Shown here: one piece after another, positions 39,055 to 48,916 of the stretch
Layout of the letters: each line of letters opens with the position of its first letter
How positions within the stretch are numbered: the first letter of the stretch is position 1
Assembly (NCBI GenBank): GCA_963844865.1
Contig: CAWJPY010000013.1
Location: 135,821 to 199,820, forward strand
Source of the DNA: an uncultured Holophagae bacterium
GTDB lineage: Bacteria > Acidobacteriota > Thermoanaerobaculia > Thermoanaerobaculales > Sulfomarinibacteraceae
Reading direction: 5' to 3'
DNA length: 64,000 bases
The notes under the pieces: generated by a model
What the model was told of the DNA's origin: nothing
Database searches by the model: none
Seen by the model: the letters and a program-made list of their open reading frames with translations, nothing else
Made by a program: the position numbers and the translations under genes

Positions 39055-40209
39055 GTGTCCATCAGTGGCAACCTCCGCACCATGCCCTTCCCCGATCTGC
39101 TGCAGTGGGTCGCCCACAGCCGCAAGACCGGCACCCTGGCGCTTGAAGGATCCCAGTACAACAAGAAGCTCTACTTCCGCGACGGTCTCGTGGTGGCCGC
39201 CTCGTCCGAGGACCCCAAGGAGTTTCTCGGCTACTACCTCGTGGGCTGGGGCCTCCTGGGCGAAGACGAGCTGCAGGAGCTCCTGGACATGCAGGACCAC
39301 TACGGGACCCTGCTCGGGGAGCTGCTGGTGATCATCGGTCGGCTGTCCCGGGAGGACCTCGTCCACATCCTGCAGGTCAAGACGGAGGAGACCATCTTCG
39401 AGCTCTTCCTGTGGGAGCAGGGGGAGTTCCGCTTCCTGGAGAACATCCTGCCGGCCAAGAAGTTCCAGCCGCTCAACATCCCCGTGGACATGCTGATCCT
39501 GGAGGGTGTGCGGCGCCAGGACGAGTGGGCTCGATGTCGGGAGCTGATCCCCGATCCACGCTGGCGGCCAAAGCTGGTGCGGGCGGTGGACGTCAAGGAC
39601 CTCGGCCAGACCGAGCTCAACATCCTGCGCGAGATCAACGGCAACAACAACATCGAGGACATCGCGCTGGCCTGCCGGCTCGCCCTCTTCCACGTCCTCC
39701 TCTTCGTCTACCAGGGCATTTCCCACGGCCTGTTCGACCTCAATCCACCGGGGACAGGAGGCGAGACGCCCATCCCCGGGTTCTCCGAGGTGTCCTGGCG
39801 GACCCTCATCCGCCATGCCGAGCGGGAGCTCGACAAGGGGGACCTCCTCAAGGCCTACCAGCGGCTGACCGAGATGCGCCAGAAGTACGCCGACCGGCGC
39901 GAGGTGGCGGAGCGGCTCGCGGGGCTCGAGAAGCGGATCGGCGACCGGCTCGACGAGCTCGATCTGGACAACGGCGCGGTCCCGGAGCTGGCGGTGTCGT
40001 CGGCCGAGCTCACCAAGCTCTCGTTCAGCCCGCAGGAGGGCTTCCTGCTGTCCCGGATCAACGGCGCCTACAGCCTCGGCGAGATCCTCAAGATGGTGCC
40101 CGGCTCGCAGGTGGAGAAGCGGCTCATGGTGCAGGGGCTGATCCGCCGCGAGGTTGTCCGCCTCAGGGCCAAGGGCCCGGCGCCCTCCGCGCACCCCGCC
40201 GAGAACTGA
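39055..40209 (+). CDS. DUF4388 domain protein (PatA-N-like), function unknown
   Basis: 'GNLRTMPFPDLLQWVAHSRKTGTLALEG...KLYFRDGLVVAASS' is the DUF4388 signature. GTG start after ggagggggag. An extended -10 tgcTATAAT lies at 38934-38942 upstream. Confidence 0.7.
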   Translation: MSISGNLRTMPFPDLLQWVAHSRKTGTLALEGSQYNKKLYFRDGLVVAASSEDPKEFLGYYLVGWGLLGEDELQELLDMQDHYGTLLGELLVIIGRLSREDLVHILQVKTEETIFELFLWEQGEFRFLENILPAKKFQPLNIPVDMLILEGVRRQDEWARCRELIPDPRWRPKLVRAVDVKDLGQTELNILREINGNNNIEDIALACRLALFHVLLFVYQGISHGLFDLNPPGTGGETPIPGFSEVSWRTLIRHAERELDKGDLLKAYQRLTEMRQKYADRREVAERLAGLEKRIGDRLDELDLDNGAVPELAVSSAELTKLSFSPQEGFLLSRINGAYSLGEILKMVPGSQVEKRLMVQGLIRREVVRLRAKGPAPSAHPAEN

Positions 40210-40444
40210 GCGGCGGTCTCCCTGGTCCGGTCGCCCTCGAGCGCGGCCGGAGCTCAGCCAACATCCACGCTGTGTCCCTCGCGTGCACACGAAGGCGCTC
40301 CTCGCCGATCCGTCCGTGGGATCCGGGGCCGCCGGGGCGCACCCTGCGCCAACCGGAATATTCGTGTGGTAATGAGACTTGATCCCACCGACATCGACGC
40401 CCCGTGAGCAACACGGGGCCGCCACACGAGGAGGACACGACACG

Positions 40445-41063
40445 ATGGCCAAGCACGAGCTTCCCGCACTTCCCTACGGCTTCGACGCCCTGGAGCCCCA
40501 CATCGACGCCAGGACCATGGAGATCCACCACGACAAGCACCACGCGCGGATACGTGAAGAAGCTGAACGCCGCCCTGGAGGGCACGCCGAGCTCTTCAGA
40601 GGCAAGAGCGTCCAGGACCTGTTGCGGCAACCAGAGCGTGCCGGAGGAGATCCGGACGGCGGTGCGCAACAACGGCGGCGGCCATGCCAACCACAGCCTG
40701 TTCTGGACCGTGATGTCGCCAGCGGCGGCGGCCAGCCCCGACGGCGACCTGGCCAAGGCCATCGACGGCGACTTCGGCTGCTTCGACAGCTTCAAGGACA
40801 CGCTCAGCGCCGCGGCGGTGGACGCGTTCGGCTCCGGCTGGGCCTGGCTGGCGGTGGACCCGGCGGCAAGCTGGTGGTGACGTCGCACTCCCAACCAGGA
40901 CAGCCCCCTGATGGACGGCCTGACGCCGATCCTGGGCCTGGACGTGTGGGAGCACGCGTACTACCTGAAGTACCAGAACCGGCGTCCGGACTACATCGCC
41001 GCCTTCTGGAACGTCGTCAACTGGAAGCAGGCGAACGACAACCTCGCCGCGGCACGCCGCTGA
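40445..41063 (+). pseudogene. Fe/Mn superoxide dismutase, at least 4 frameshifts as assembled
   Basis: '[33 protein letters not shown]', '[11 protein letters not shown]', '[19 protein letters not shown]', 'FGSGWAWL' and '[22 protein letters not shown]' are each found in a different frame. Total length is 619 nt, not a multiple of 3. Confidence 0.8.
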
Positions 41064-41139
41064 GGGCGCGCGGGGGACGGAGTCGTCCGATGGCGGTCCG
41101 CCGGGAAATGCATCCCGGCGGCCGACCGTTGGACTCCTC

Positions 41140-41697
41140 GTGGTGCACTCGATCTTGGCCAAGCTCGGCCTGGCGCCCGCCCACCAGACCCCGGGCGCTC
41201 AGGGACAGACGTCGGCGGCGGTGGAACACATCGCGGAGAGGCTGCAGAGCCTGGGGACCGACCGCGCCCGCTTCGTGGCCGCCCTGGCCATGGTGCTGGG
41301 ACGCGCCGCCCGCGCCGACCTGGACGTCAGCGAGGACGAGCGCGACGCCATCGCCGAGCTTCTGGTGGCCGATGGCGGCATGGCCCGGGACCACGCCGAG
41401 CTGGTGGCGGACATGGTGGCTCACCACGACGAGCTGGGCGGGGTGGCCGAGGACTATCTGGCCACCCGGGAGCTGAAGCGCGTCGCCACCCGGGAGGAGC
41501 TGGAGAGCGCCCTGCACGCCCTCTTCGCGGTCTGCGCCGCAGACGACTCCATCAGCCTGGTGGAGGAGGAGGAGGTGCGCCAGACGGCGAGCGAGCTCGG
41601 GTTCACCCACGAGGAGTACGTGGCCGCCCGCGCCGAGTATCGGGACCAGCGCGAGGTCCTGCGGGGCCTGAGACGCGGCGGTGGGGAGGCGCGCTGA
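41140..41697 (+). CDS. TerB-like (tellurite-resistance TerB / DjlA-N fold) protein
   Basis: All-helical 185 aa with '[27 protein letters not shown]' and '[27 protein letters not shown]', the TerB-type repeated D/E-x-E motif. Confidence 0.55.
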   Translation: MVHSILAKLGLAPAHQTPGAQGQTSAAVEHIAERLQSLGTDRARFVAALAMVLGRAARADLDVSEDERDAIAELLVADGGMARDHAELVADMVAHHDELGGVAEDYLATRELKRVATREELESALHALFAVCAADDSISLVEEEEVRQTASELGFTHEEYVAARAEYRDQREVLRGLRRGGGEAR

Positions 41698-41710
41698 CCG
41701 GAGACGAAGC

Positions 41711-43777
41711 TCACGGCGTGGTGGCCGCCGCCGGCGTGCCGGAGGCCGGAGACAGGGGCCGCGGCAGCTCACCGATCCAGACCCCGCCGCCGCGGTAGAT
41801 CGGCCTCAGGGTCCCGTGGAGGAAGCGGCGGATGAGGTCTCGCTCCCGCTCATCGGCACCGGCCCAGTAATCCGCCACGCCACGCTGCCGCGCCAGCCGG
41901 GCCATCTCGGTCTCGTTCACGAGCACGTGGGTGACCCCTAGGGCGCGCAACTCGGCCGCCAGGTCCGACGGCGCGACGCAGCTCCGGGCGAGGTCCACGA
42001 GCCACGGGGCCCGGTAGGGGTCCTCCACCAGCACTGACCGCTCCAGGTAGAAGCTGCGGACCTCGGCCACCAGCAGCAGCCGGGCATCCTTCGGCAACCG
42101 CTCGGAGGCGAACTGCGCGGCCGGGAAGTAGCTCACCCAGCGGCTGAGGAAGTCGGTCCGACGGGCGTGTCCGGTGACGACGGCCAGCCGGTCCAGGTTG
42201 AGGTCGGTGGCCAGCGCGGTGGCGTTCCAGGCGAAGACGGCGAGCAGCAGCACGAGGACCGCCCGCCGTGCCAGGCGTGGGCCCTGGCCGGTCAGCTGTG
42301 CGGCGGCAACGCCTGCGAGTGCGGCCGCCGGCACCAGCACCGGCAGGAGAAAGCGCGCGTACTGCACCAGTGCGCCCCAGGCGAGGACCCCGGTGGCCGT
42401 TACGATCCAGAGCGCCAGGCGGGCGCGGGACCGGGCACCGCCCGCCACCAGGGCGACCGGCAGCAGGATCAGCCACGCGGGGCCGATGGCGCCGCCTCCC
42501 GGAAGAGGATGGAAGGTGCGGCGGATCAGCCCGGTGGCGCTCCGGATCAGAACGCTCGACGGGGCGAGCGCTCCGTCGCCTTCCACGGCCAGCTCCCGGG
42601 CCACGTCACGCCCGCTCGGGGGACCGCCGAACGCGGCCTGGAAGTAGGGATACACGGGGTTGCCGGTCCACGCCAGATTGCGGCCCAGCCACGGCGCCAG
42701 GACCAGGCAGAGGGCGGCCAGGGCAGCTCCCGCCGCCGCCAGCCGGCGGCCGCGCCACTCCCGGCCCGCGGCCATCACCGCGCCCCCCAGGGCGAGGGGG
42801 GCGAGGACCGTGGCCAGGGCGAGGTACTTGGCGGCGACCGCCGCCCCGACCAGGAGACCGACGTGCGCGGCGCGCCGCCCGAGGCGCCGGTGCTCCTCAC
42901 GCTCGGTGAGGACCACCAGGGCCGCACCGGTCCACGCCGCCACCGCCAGGTCCGCGATCGCGTAATCGGCGACGGCGAGCACCACCGGCGTCAGGACGAA
43001 GCAGGCGGCGGCCCACGTGGCGGCGCCTTCTCTTCCCTCCAGGCGCGCGGCCAGCGTGGCTGCGGAGAGTCCCGCCAGGGCGCCCATCCACCAGTGGATG
43101 GCGGCCGCGCCCCAGGGACCCACCGTCGCCAGCGCCAGTGCGTACAGCACGCCGTGGGCCGAGGGGTAGTAGGAGAAGATCTGACGCTCAAACTGGATGA
43201 ACGATCCGTGGGCCAGCCATCGGGCGGGGAAGGCCAGGTGGTAGTTGAGTGCGTCGTACATCACCGGCGGCGCGGTGAGGAGGATCAGGGTGGTGGCGCC
43301 CACGGCGGCCACCAGCACCCCCGGGGGAGAGGCGAAGCGGAAGGGCGGAAGAACGGGCCGTGTGACCGGTCGCGCGAGGACCAGGACGCCTCCCAGAGCG
43401 GACAGGGCCAGCAGCCCCACCAGGACGGCGGGCCGGAACGCTCCGGCCAGTGCCAGTAGCGCCTCCAGGAACGAGACCACCGCCGCCCCCGTCGCGAGGA
43501 CGACGACCAGAGGCGGGCGTCTGCGGCCGAGCAACCAGGTGGTGGGCCAGTGCCCGGCGCCGAGGCAGGCGAGGCTCCAGAGGGAGAGCCAGAGGACGGG
43601 CAGGCTCAGCCGGACCAGAAGATCGATGGGGACGACCCGTCGATACAGCCACAGCACCACCGCGGCCAGGAGCACGGCAAGGAGTGCGGCGTGCGAGGAG
43701 ATGCGGGTGCTGTCACGGTCGTCGGACACCGTGGCCAGTATAGCCCGCGGAGCTGCAGCAGCGGCCAGCGTCTGCAA
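41711..43777 (-). CDS. Large polytopic membrane protein, GT-C/ArnT-PMT-like glycosyltransferase candidate, with a C-terminal soluble domain
   Basis: 688 aa. More than 12 hydrophobic helices over about 480 aa, then a roughly 200-aa hydrophilic domain. No diagnostic motif recognised by eye. Confidence 0.4.
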   Translation of the reverse strand: MQTLAAAAAPRAILATVSDDRDSTRISSHAALLAVLLAAVVLWLYRRVVPIDLLVRLSLPVLWLSLWSLACLGAGHWPTTWLLGRRRPPLVVVLATGAAVVSFLEALLALAGAFRPAVLVGLLALSALGGVLVLARPVTRPVLPPFRFASPPGVLVAAVGATTLILLTAPPVMYDALNYHLAFPARWLAHGSFIQFERQIFSYYPSAHGVLYALALATVGPWGAAAIHWWMGALAGLSAATLAARLEGREGAATWAAACFVLTPVVLAVADYAIADLAVAAWTGAALVVLTEREEHRRLGRRAAHVGLLVGAAVAAKYLALATVLAPLALGGAVMAAGREWRGRRLAAAGAALAALCLVLAPWLGRNLAWTGNPVYPYFQAAFGGPPSGRDVARELAVEGDGALAPSSVLIRSATGLIRRTFHPLPGGGAIGPAWLILLPVALVAGGARSRARLALWIVTATGVLAWGALVQYARFLLPVLVPAAALAGVAAAQLTGQGPRLARRAVLVLLLAVFAWNATALATDLNLDRLAVVTGHARRTDFLSRWVSYFPAAQFASERLPKDARLLLVAEVRSFYLERSVLVEDPYRAPWLVDLARSCVAPSDLAAELRALGVTHVLVNETEMARLARQRGVADYWAGADERERDLIRRFLHGTLRPIYRGGGVWIGELPRPLSPASGTPAAATTP

Positions 43778-43779
43778 TC

Positions 43780-44105
43780 AGCGACTGGGACAGCGTTCGG
43801 CGGCAGCGTCTGCGATCAGGGTCCGGGATCGGCGGCAGTGGAAGCGTCGCGGATCCACCGTCCAACCCGCACCGCGCTCCGGGAGCACCCACGGCCGAGG
43901 AGCGCACTGCACTCCCGTTGCCTTCCGCGTGGTTGCCACTCCTGACGATCTTCGAACCCCACGCCCCACCGCCTGGTCGACCTCGCGTGCCGGGAGATCA
44001 CCAGGAGTGGGACGCTCGAGGGAGGGGCTCTTCTCGTGGCGCCCACCATGCCGCGTGAGCGGGTCGTCGCCGCTGATCGCTGCCGCTGACACTGCCGCCG
44101 CCTCT
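43780..44105. repeat. Family-D micro-repeat tract
   Basis: caatcagcgactgggacagcg..ggcggcagcgtctgcgatcagggtccgggatcggcggcagtgg...cgctgatcgctgccgctgacactgccgcc. Confidence 0.5.
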
Positions 44106-44131
44106 GTGACCTGACGCTGCCGTCGGACCGT

Positions 44132-45526
44132 TCAGACGGTCCGCGAGTAGACCGGTCGCTCGGCGGGCGTGCGCAGGTAGGCGTCGAAGGGCATGCAGAT
44201 GTTGCGCAGGAAGAACCGCCCTCGGGGCGTCACCCGGATGCGGTCGGGCGTGACCTCCACCAGGCCGTCGTCCGCCAGCACGCCGAGCTCCTCGAGCTCG
44301 GTGGCGAAGCGCTCCCGGGGGTCGATGCCGAACTCGTTCGCCAGTCGCTCCAGGTCCAGGGTCAGGTTGCAGATGAGGCGGCGGATGACGGTGCCCCGCA
44401 GCTCGTCCTCGCCGCTGCGCACCACTCCCCGCTCCACCGGCAGGCGGCCCTCGGCGATAACCCGCTCGTACTGGCTCAGCCTGCGGTGGTTGGCCACATA
44501 GGCGCCGGCGACGTCGCCGATGGAGGTGACGCCGACGCCGATCTGGTGGCTGGCCGGCATGACGGTGTAGCCCATGAAGTTGCGGTGCAGGCGTCCCTCC
44601 TCCATGGCGTGGGCCAGATCGTCGGAGGGGCGTGCGAAGTGGTCGAAGCCGATGAAGCGGTAGCCGGCGGCGGCGAACTCCTCGGCGGCAGCGGCGAAGA
44701 GGCGGAACTTGGCCCATCCCCGGGGCAGGCTGGACTCCTCGAGCTTGCGCTGGTGGGGCTTGATCCAGGGTACGTGAGCGTAGGAGAAGCAGGCCACGCG
44801 GTCGGGGGCGATCTCCGAGATCACCGTGCGCACCGTGTGCCGGAACGACTCCTCGGTCTGCCGCGGCAGACCGTAGATGAGGTCGATGTTCACCGAGTCG
44901 AAGCCCAGCCGGCGGGCGGCCTCGACGAGGTCCCGGGTGAGCTCCAGGGGCTGGTGGCGCGCCACCGCCTCCTGCACCGCCGGGTCGATGTCCTGGACCC
45001 CCATGGAGATCCGGTTGAACCCGATGCGACGCAGGGTCTCGAGGTGCTCGCCGGAGGTGACGCAGGGGTCCACCTCGATTCCCACCTCGGCGTCGTCGGC
45101 GAGGGTGAAGCGCGACGTCACCGCGGCCAGCAGCCGCTCGCACTGGGCCGGCGTCAGATAGGTGGGCGTCCCCCCACCCCAGTGGAGCTGGCTGAGCCGC
45201 CTACCCGGCCCGAGGGCCTGGCGCAGCAGCTCCAGCTCCCCGTCCACGGCCTCCAGGTAGCCCTCCTCGGGTCCGCGGTGGGGGGAGACGACGATGTTGC
45301 ACCCGCAGTAGGTGCAGCGGGCCTCACAGAACGGGACGTGGACGTACATGGAGAGCGCCTGCTCGGGCTGCGTCGCCGCCATGCGGAGCCGCTCGCGGTA
45401 GTCGCCCTGGGAGAAGCCCTCGTGGAACTGGGGCGCGGTGGGGTAGGAGGTGTACCGCGGGCCGGGCCGGTCGTACTTGGCCAGCAGCTCGCCGTCGATG
45501 CCGTCGAGGGAGAAGTCCCGGTTCAT
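44132..45526 (-). CDS. hemN: Oxygen-independent coproporphyrinogen III oxidase (radical SAM)
   Basis: 'YDRPGPRYTSYPTAPQF', 'YVHVPFCEARCTYCGCN' (CxxxCxxC), 'LHWGGGTPTYL'. Confidence 0.9.
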   Translation of the reverse strand: MNRDFSLDGIDGELLAKYDRPGPRYTSYPTAPQFHEGFSQGDYRERLRMAATQPEQALSMYVHVPFCEARCTYCGCNIVVSPHRGPEEGYLEAVDGELELLRQALGPGRRLSQLHWGGGTPTYLTPAQCERLLAAVTSRFTLADDAEVGIEVDPCVTSGEHLETLRRIGFNRISMGVQDIDPAVQEAVARHQPLELTRDLVEAARRLGFDSVNIDLIYGLPRQTEESFRHTVRTVISEIAPDRVACFSYAHVPWIKPHQRKLEESSLPRGWAKFRLFAAAAEEFAAAGYRFIGFDHFARPSDDLAHAMEEGRLHRNFMGYTVMPASHQIGVGVTSIGDVAGAYVANHRRLSQYERVIAEGRLPVERGVVRSGEDELRGTVIRRLICNLTLDLERLANEFGIDPRERFATELEELGVLADDGLVEVTPDRIRVTPRGRFFLRNICMPFDAYLRTPAERPVYSRTV

Positions 45527-45625
45527 TTGATAATTGCTCCTAGCAAGTGCAAATCCAGGGGGGGTGTGTCCGCATTCCCTCGTCCGCCCGCACCAGTCGC
45601 CAACGGTGCCATGAAGATCTTGCGG

Positions 45626-46642
45626 TCACGCATGGCGATGGTCCCGGACCGTCGCCACGAATGCCTCCACGGCGGCCACCGGCACCTCGGGGGTGATGCC
45701 GTGTCCGAGGTTGGCGATGTAGCCCCGCTCGGGCGCCCGGGCCAGCATCGCCCGCGTGCGTTCGCGGATGGCGTCGAGGGGCCCCAGGAGGGTGGCAGGA
45801 TCCAGGTTGCCCTGGAGGGCGTGCCGCGGCAGGATACGCGCCGCCCGCTCCAGGTTGACCCGCCAGTCCAGGCCGATCACCTCGCAGGGCAGGTCGGGCA
45901 TGTCGTGCAGAAGGTGGGATCCGCCGTTGGGGAAGTAGATGCGGGGCACCCCGGTGTCCGCCATCTGCTCGAGGAGGCGCTGCGCCGGGCGCAGGGCCCA
46001 CCGCTGGGCATCTTCTCTGCTCAGGGTGCCGATCCAGGAGTCGAAGACCTGCACCGCCTGGGCGCCGCTCGCCACCTGCTCGGCCAGGTAGGCCGCCATG
46101 GCGTCCGCCAGTACCTCCAGGAGACGGTCGAAGGCCTCCGGGTGGTTGAGGGCGAACGCCTTGACGTGGGAGAAGCTGCGGGAGGTCGTGCCCTCCACCA
46201 GGTAGGTGGCCAGGGTCCAGGGGGCGCCGCAGAACCCGATGAGGGCCGTGTCCTCGTCCAGCGCCTCCCGCACCCGGCCCAGGGTCTCGGACAGGTACTC
46301 GGTACCCTCCCACCGGTGTGGGGCCCGCAGGGCGGCGACGTCGGCGGGAGAGCGGACTGGGTTGTGGATGCGCGGCGCCGGCGTGAAGCTGAGCTCGGCC
46401 CCCAGGGGCACCAGGGGCGTGAGGATGTCGGAGAACACGATGGCCGCGTCGAGCCCGAAGCGTCTGATCGGCTGCAGGGTGACCTCGGCGGCGATCTCGG
46501 GCGTCCGGCACATGGTCAGGAAGTCGCCGGCCCGGCGCCGGATCTCCCGGTACTCGGGGAGGTAGCGGCCGGCCTGACGCATGATCCAGACCGGCGGCCG
46601 GTCCACCGCCTCCCGTCGGCACGCGGCCAGGAATCGGTTCAC
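45626..46642 (-). CDS. hemE: Uroporphyrinogen decarboxylase
   Basis: 'PPVWIMRQAGRYLPEYR', 'DAAIVFSDIL', 'GYIANLGHGI'. GTG start at 46642 overlaps the hemL stop (GTGA). Confidence 0.9.
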   Translation of the reverse strand: MNRFLAACRREAVDRPPVWIMRQAGRYLPEYREIRRRAGDFLTMCRTPEIAAEVTLQPIRRFGLDAAIVFSDILTPLVPLGAELSFTPAPRIHNPVRSPADVAALRAPHRWEGTEYLSETLGRVREALDEDTALIGFCGAPWTLATYLVEGTTSRSFSHVKAFALNHPEAFDRLLEVLADAMAAYLAEQVASGAQAVQVFDSWIGTLSREDAQRWALRPAQRLLEQMADTGVPRIYFPNGGSHLLHDMPDLPCEVIGLDWRVNLERAARILPRHALQGNLDPATLLGPLDAIRERTRAMLARAPERGYIANLGHGITPEVPVAAVEAFVATVRDHRHA

Positions 46643-47936
46643 TGGAGCGCCCCCAGGGCCGCGTCGAAGGCCGCCGTGGTCTCCGCCAGGGCCGCCTCGT
46701 CGTGGGCCAGGGAGGCGAACATCACCTCGTACGCCGAGGGCGCCAGGTAGACGCCGTGCTCGAGCAGCGCGCCGTGCAGAGCGGCGTAGCGCTGGACGGT
46801 GGCGGCCTCGATGCCCGAGTAGGCCCGCGGCGGCTCGCCCTCCTGCAGGACGAGCCACAGGATCGATCCCACCTGCACCACCGAGTACGGCAGGTCGCGG
46901 CGTTGGAACGCCTTCCGGATGCCGGCGGCCAGCGACTTCCCCGTCGCCTCCAGACGAGCATAGGCGGCCCCGCCATCCGCCAGGAGACGGCGCAGGGTGG
47001 CGGCGCCGGCGGCCATGGCCACGGGGTTGCCGGACAGGGTGCCCGCCTGGTAGACGTCCCCCAGGGGGGCCAGCCGCTCCATGATGCGGCGCGCGCCGCC
47101 GTAGGCGCCCACCGGCAGGCCGCCGCCGATGATCTTGCCGTAGGTGGTCAGGTCCGGAGTGACGCCGTAGCGGGCGGCGGCGCCGGCGGGGCCCAGCCGG
47201 AAGCCGGTGATGACCTCGTCCAGCAGGAGCAGCGCGCCGTGGCGGGTGCACTCCTCGCGCACCGCACGGACGAACTCCTGCGCGCTGCACCAGGAGCCCC
47301 GAGTTGGCGGGATCCCTCCAGGAGCACGGCCGCCACGGTGTCGCCGCGCTCCGCCATGAGCGCGTGGAGGGCCGCCTCGTCGTCCAGGGGCAGGACCACC
47401 GTGTGGCGCACCGCGTCCGCCGGCACCCCGGCCGAGGACGGCGTGCCGAAGGTGGCCAGACCGGAGCCGCCGGCCACCAGGAGGGCGTCGGCGTGGCCGT
47501 GGTAGCAGCCCCTCGAACTTGACCACGACGTCGCGGCCGGTGACCGCCCGCGCCAGGCGCACCGCCGACATCACCGCCTCGGTGCCGGAGGAGACGAAGC
47601 GCACCATCTCCAGGTGGGGCACGGCGCCGACCATGAGCTCGGCCAGCTCCACCTCCTCCACGCAGGGGGCGCCGTAGGAGAGACCCTTGGCGGCGGCGCG
47701 CGTGACGGCCTCCACCACCTCGGGGTGGGCGTGCCCCAGCACCAGGGGCCCCCAGGAGCCCACGTAGTCGATGAAGCGGCGGCCGTCGGCGTCGGTGAAG
47801 TGGCAGCCCTCGGCGGAGGCGTAGAAGAGGGGCTCGCCGCCGACGCTGCGAAAGGCGCGCACCGGCGAGCTCACCCCGCGGGCAGGACCTCCACGGCCCG
47901 CCGGTAGAGCTCCCGGGAGCGGGGGCCGGCGCTCAC
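46639..47936 (-). pseudogene. hemL: Glutamate-1-semialdehyde 2,1-aminomutase, 3 frameshifts as assembled (near 47875, 47510 and 47300)
   Basis: 'SRELYRRAVEVLP' (frame a), 'SSPVRAFRSVGGEPLF...[17 protein letters not shown]...VVKFEG' (frame b), '[18 protein letters not shown]...AAVLLE' (frame c), then '[13 protein letters not shown]...GKIIGGGLPVGAYGG' (frame b). The shift at 47875 is restored by adding one G to a G-run. Confidence 0.85.
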
Positions 47937-48916
47937 AGCCAGCCCTCGGTGAGGGCCTGGCGGCCGTGGTAGGTGATGAGGATGTCGGCGCCGGCGCGGC
48001 GGAAGGCGTGCCAGTTCTCCAGCACGATCAGCCGCTCGTCGACCCAGCCCCGGTCGGCGGCGGCCTTGATCATGGAGTACTCCCCGGACACGTTGTAGAC
48101 GGCCAGGGGCTGCGGGAACGCCTCCCTGAGGTCGCGGACGACGTCCAGGTAGGCCAGGGCCGGCTTCACCATGAGGATGTCGGCCCCCTCCTGGACGTCC
48201 AGCTCGGCCTCCAGCATCGCCTCCCGGCGGTTGCGGGCGTCCATCTGGTAGGAGCGGCGGTCGCCGCTCGAGGGTGCCGAGTGGGCCGCCTCCCGGAAGG
48301 GCCCGTAGTAGGCCGATGCGTACTTCACCGAGTACGACATGATGGCCACGTTGGTGAGCCCGTCGTCGTCCAGGGCGGCGCGGATCGCTCCCACGCGGCC
48401 GTCCATCATGTCCGACGGCGCCACCACGTCCGCCCCGGCGCGGGCGTGGGCCAGGGCCATCTCGGCCAGCAGGGGCAGGGTGGCGTCGTTGACCACCCGA
48501 CCGTCGGCGAGCACGCCGCAGTGACCGTGGTCGGTGTAGGCGCACAGGCAGACGTCGGTCATGACGATGAGGTCGCCGCCGAAGCGCTCCTTGAGCGCCG
48601 AGACGGCACGGACCACGGCTGCGTCGTGGGCCCAGGCCGCGCGTCCGTCGGGGGCCTTGGCGCCCTCCTCGGGCACCCCGAACAGGAGCACCGAGCGGAT
48701 GCCGAGCTCCAGGTCGCGCGCCACGGTGTCGACAAGCACGTCCACCGACTGGTGCTGGATGCCGGGCATGGCGTCGATGTCCTCGGCGACGCCGCTGCCG
48801 GGGACCACGAAGTGGGGCTGCACGAGCATGCGGGCGTCGATGCGGGCCTCGGCCACGAGGTCGCGCAGGGCGGCCGACGCACGCAGGCGGCGGGGACGGA
48901 TGTTCAGGTCTTGCAT
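47933..48916 (-). CDS. hemB: Porphobilinogen synthase (delta-aminolevulinate dehydratase)
   Basis: Start at ATG 48916 after ggagga. 'RPRRLR', 'DVCLCAYTDHGHCG', 'VAPSDMMDGRV', 'MSYSVKYASAYYGPFR', 'YQMD', 'LMVKPALAYLD', 'YNVSGEY'. Confidence 0.92.
   Translation of the reverse strand: MQDLNIRPRRLRASAALRDLVAEARIDARMLVQPHFVVPGSGVAEDIDAMPGIQHQSVDVLVDTVARDLELGIRSVLLFGVPEEGAKAPDGRAAWAHDAAVVRAVSALKERFGGDLIVMTDVCLCAYTDHGHCGVLADGRVVNDATLPLLAEMALAHARAGADVVAPSDMMDGRVGAIRAALDDDGLTNVAIMSYSVKYASAYYGPFREAAHSAPSSGDRRSYQMDARNRREAMLEAELDVQEGADILMVKPALAYLDVVRDLREAFPQPLAVYNVSGEYSMIKAAADRGWVDERLIVLENWHAFRRAGADILITYHGRQALTEGWL

Noticed and set aside
37897-40452. 851-aa minus-strand ORF spanning the gltD-like and DUF4388 genes. 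Similar long shadows occur at 51987-54002, 56626-58998, 17923-19656, 41850-43459 and 44486-46750.
   Set aside because: All are antisense to genes with clear homology. They cross intergenic regions without regard to gene boundaries and have Arg/Gly/Pro/His-rich low-complexity composition.
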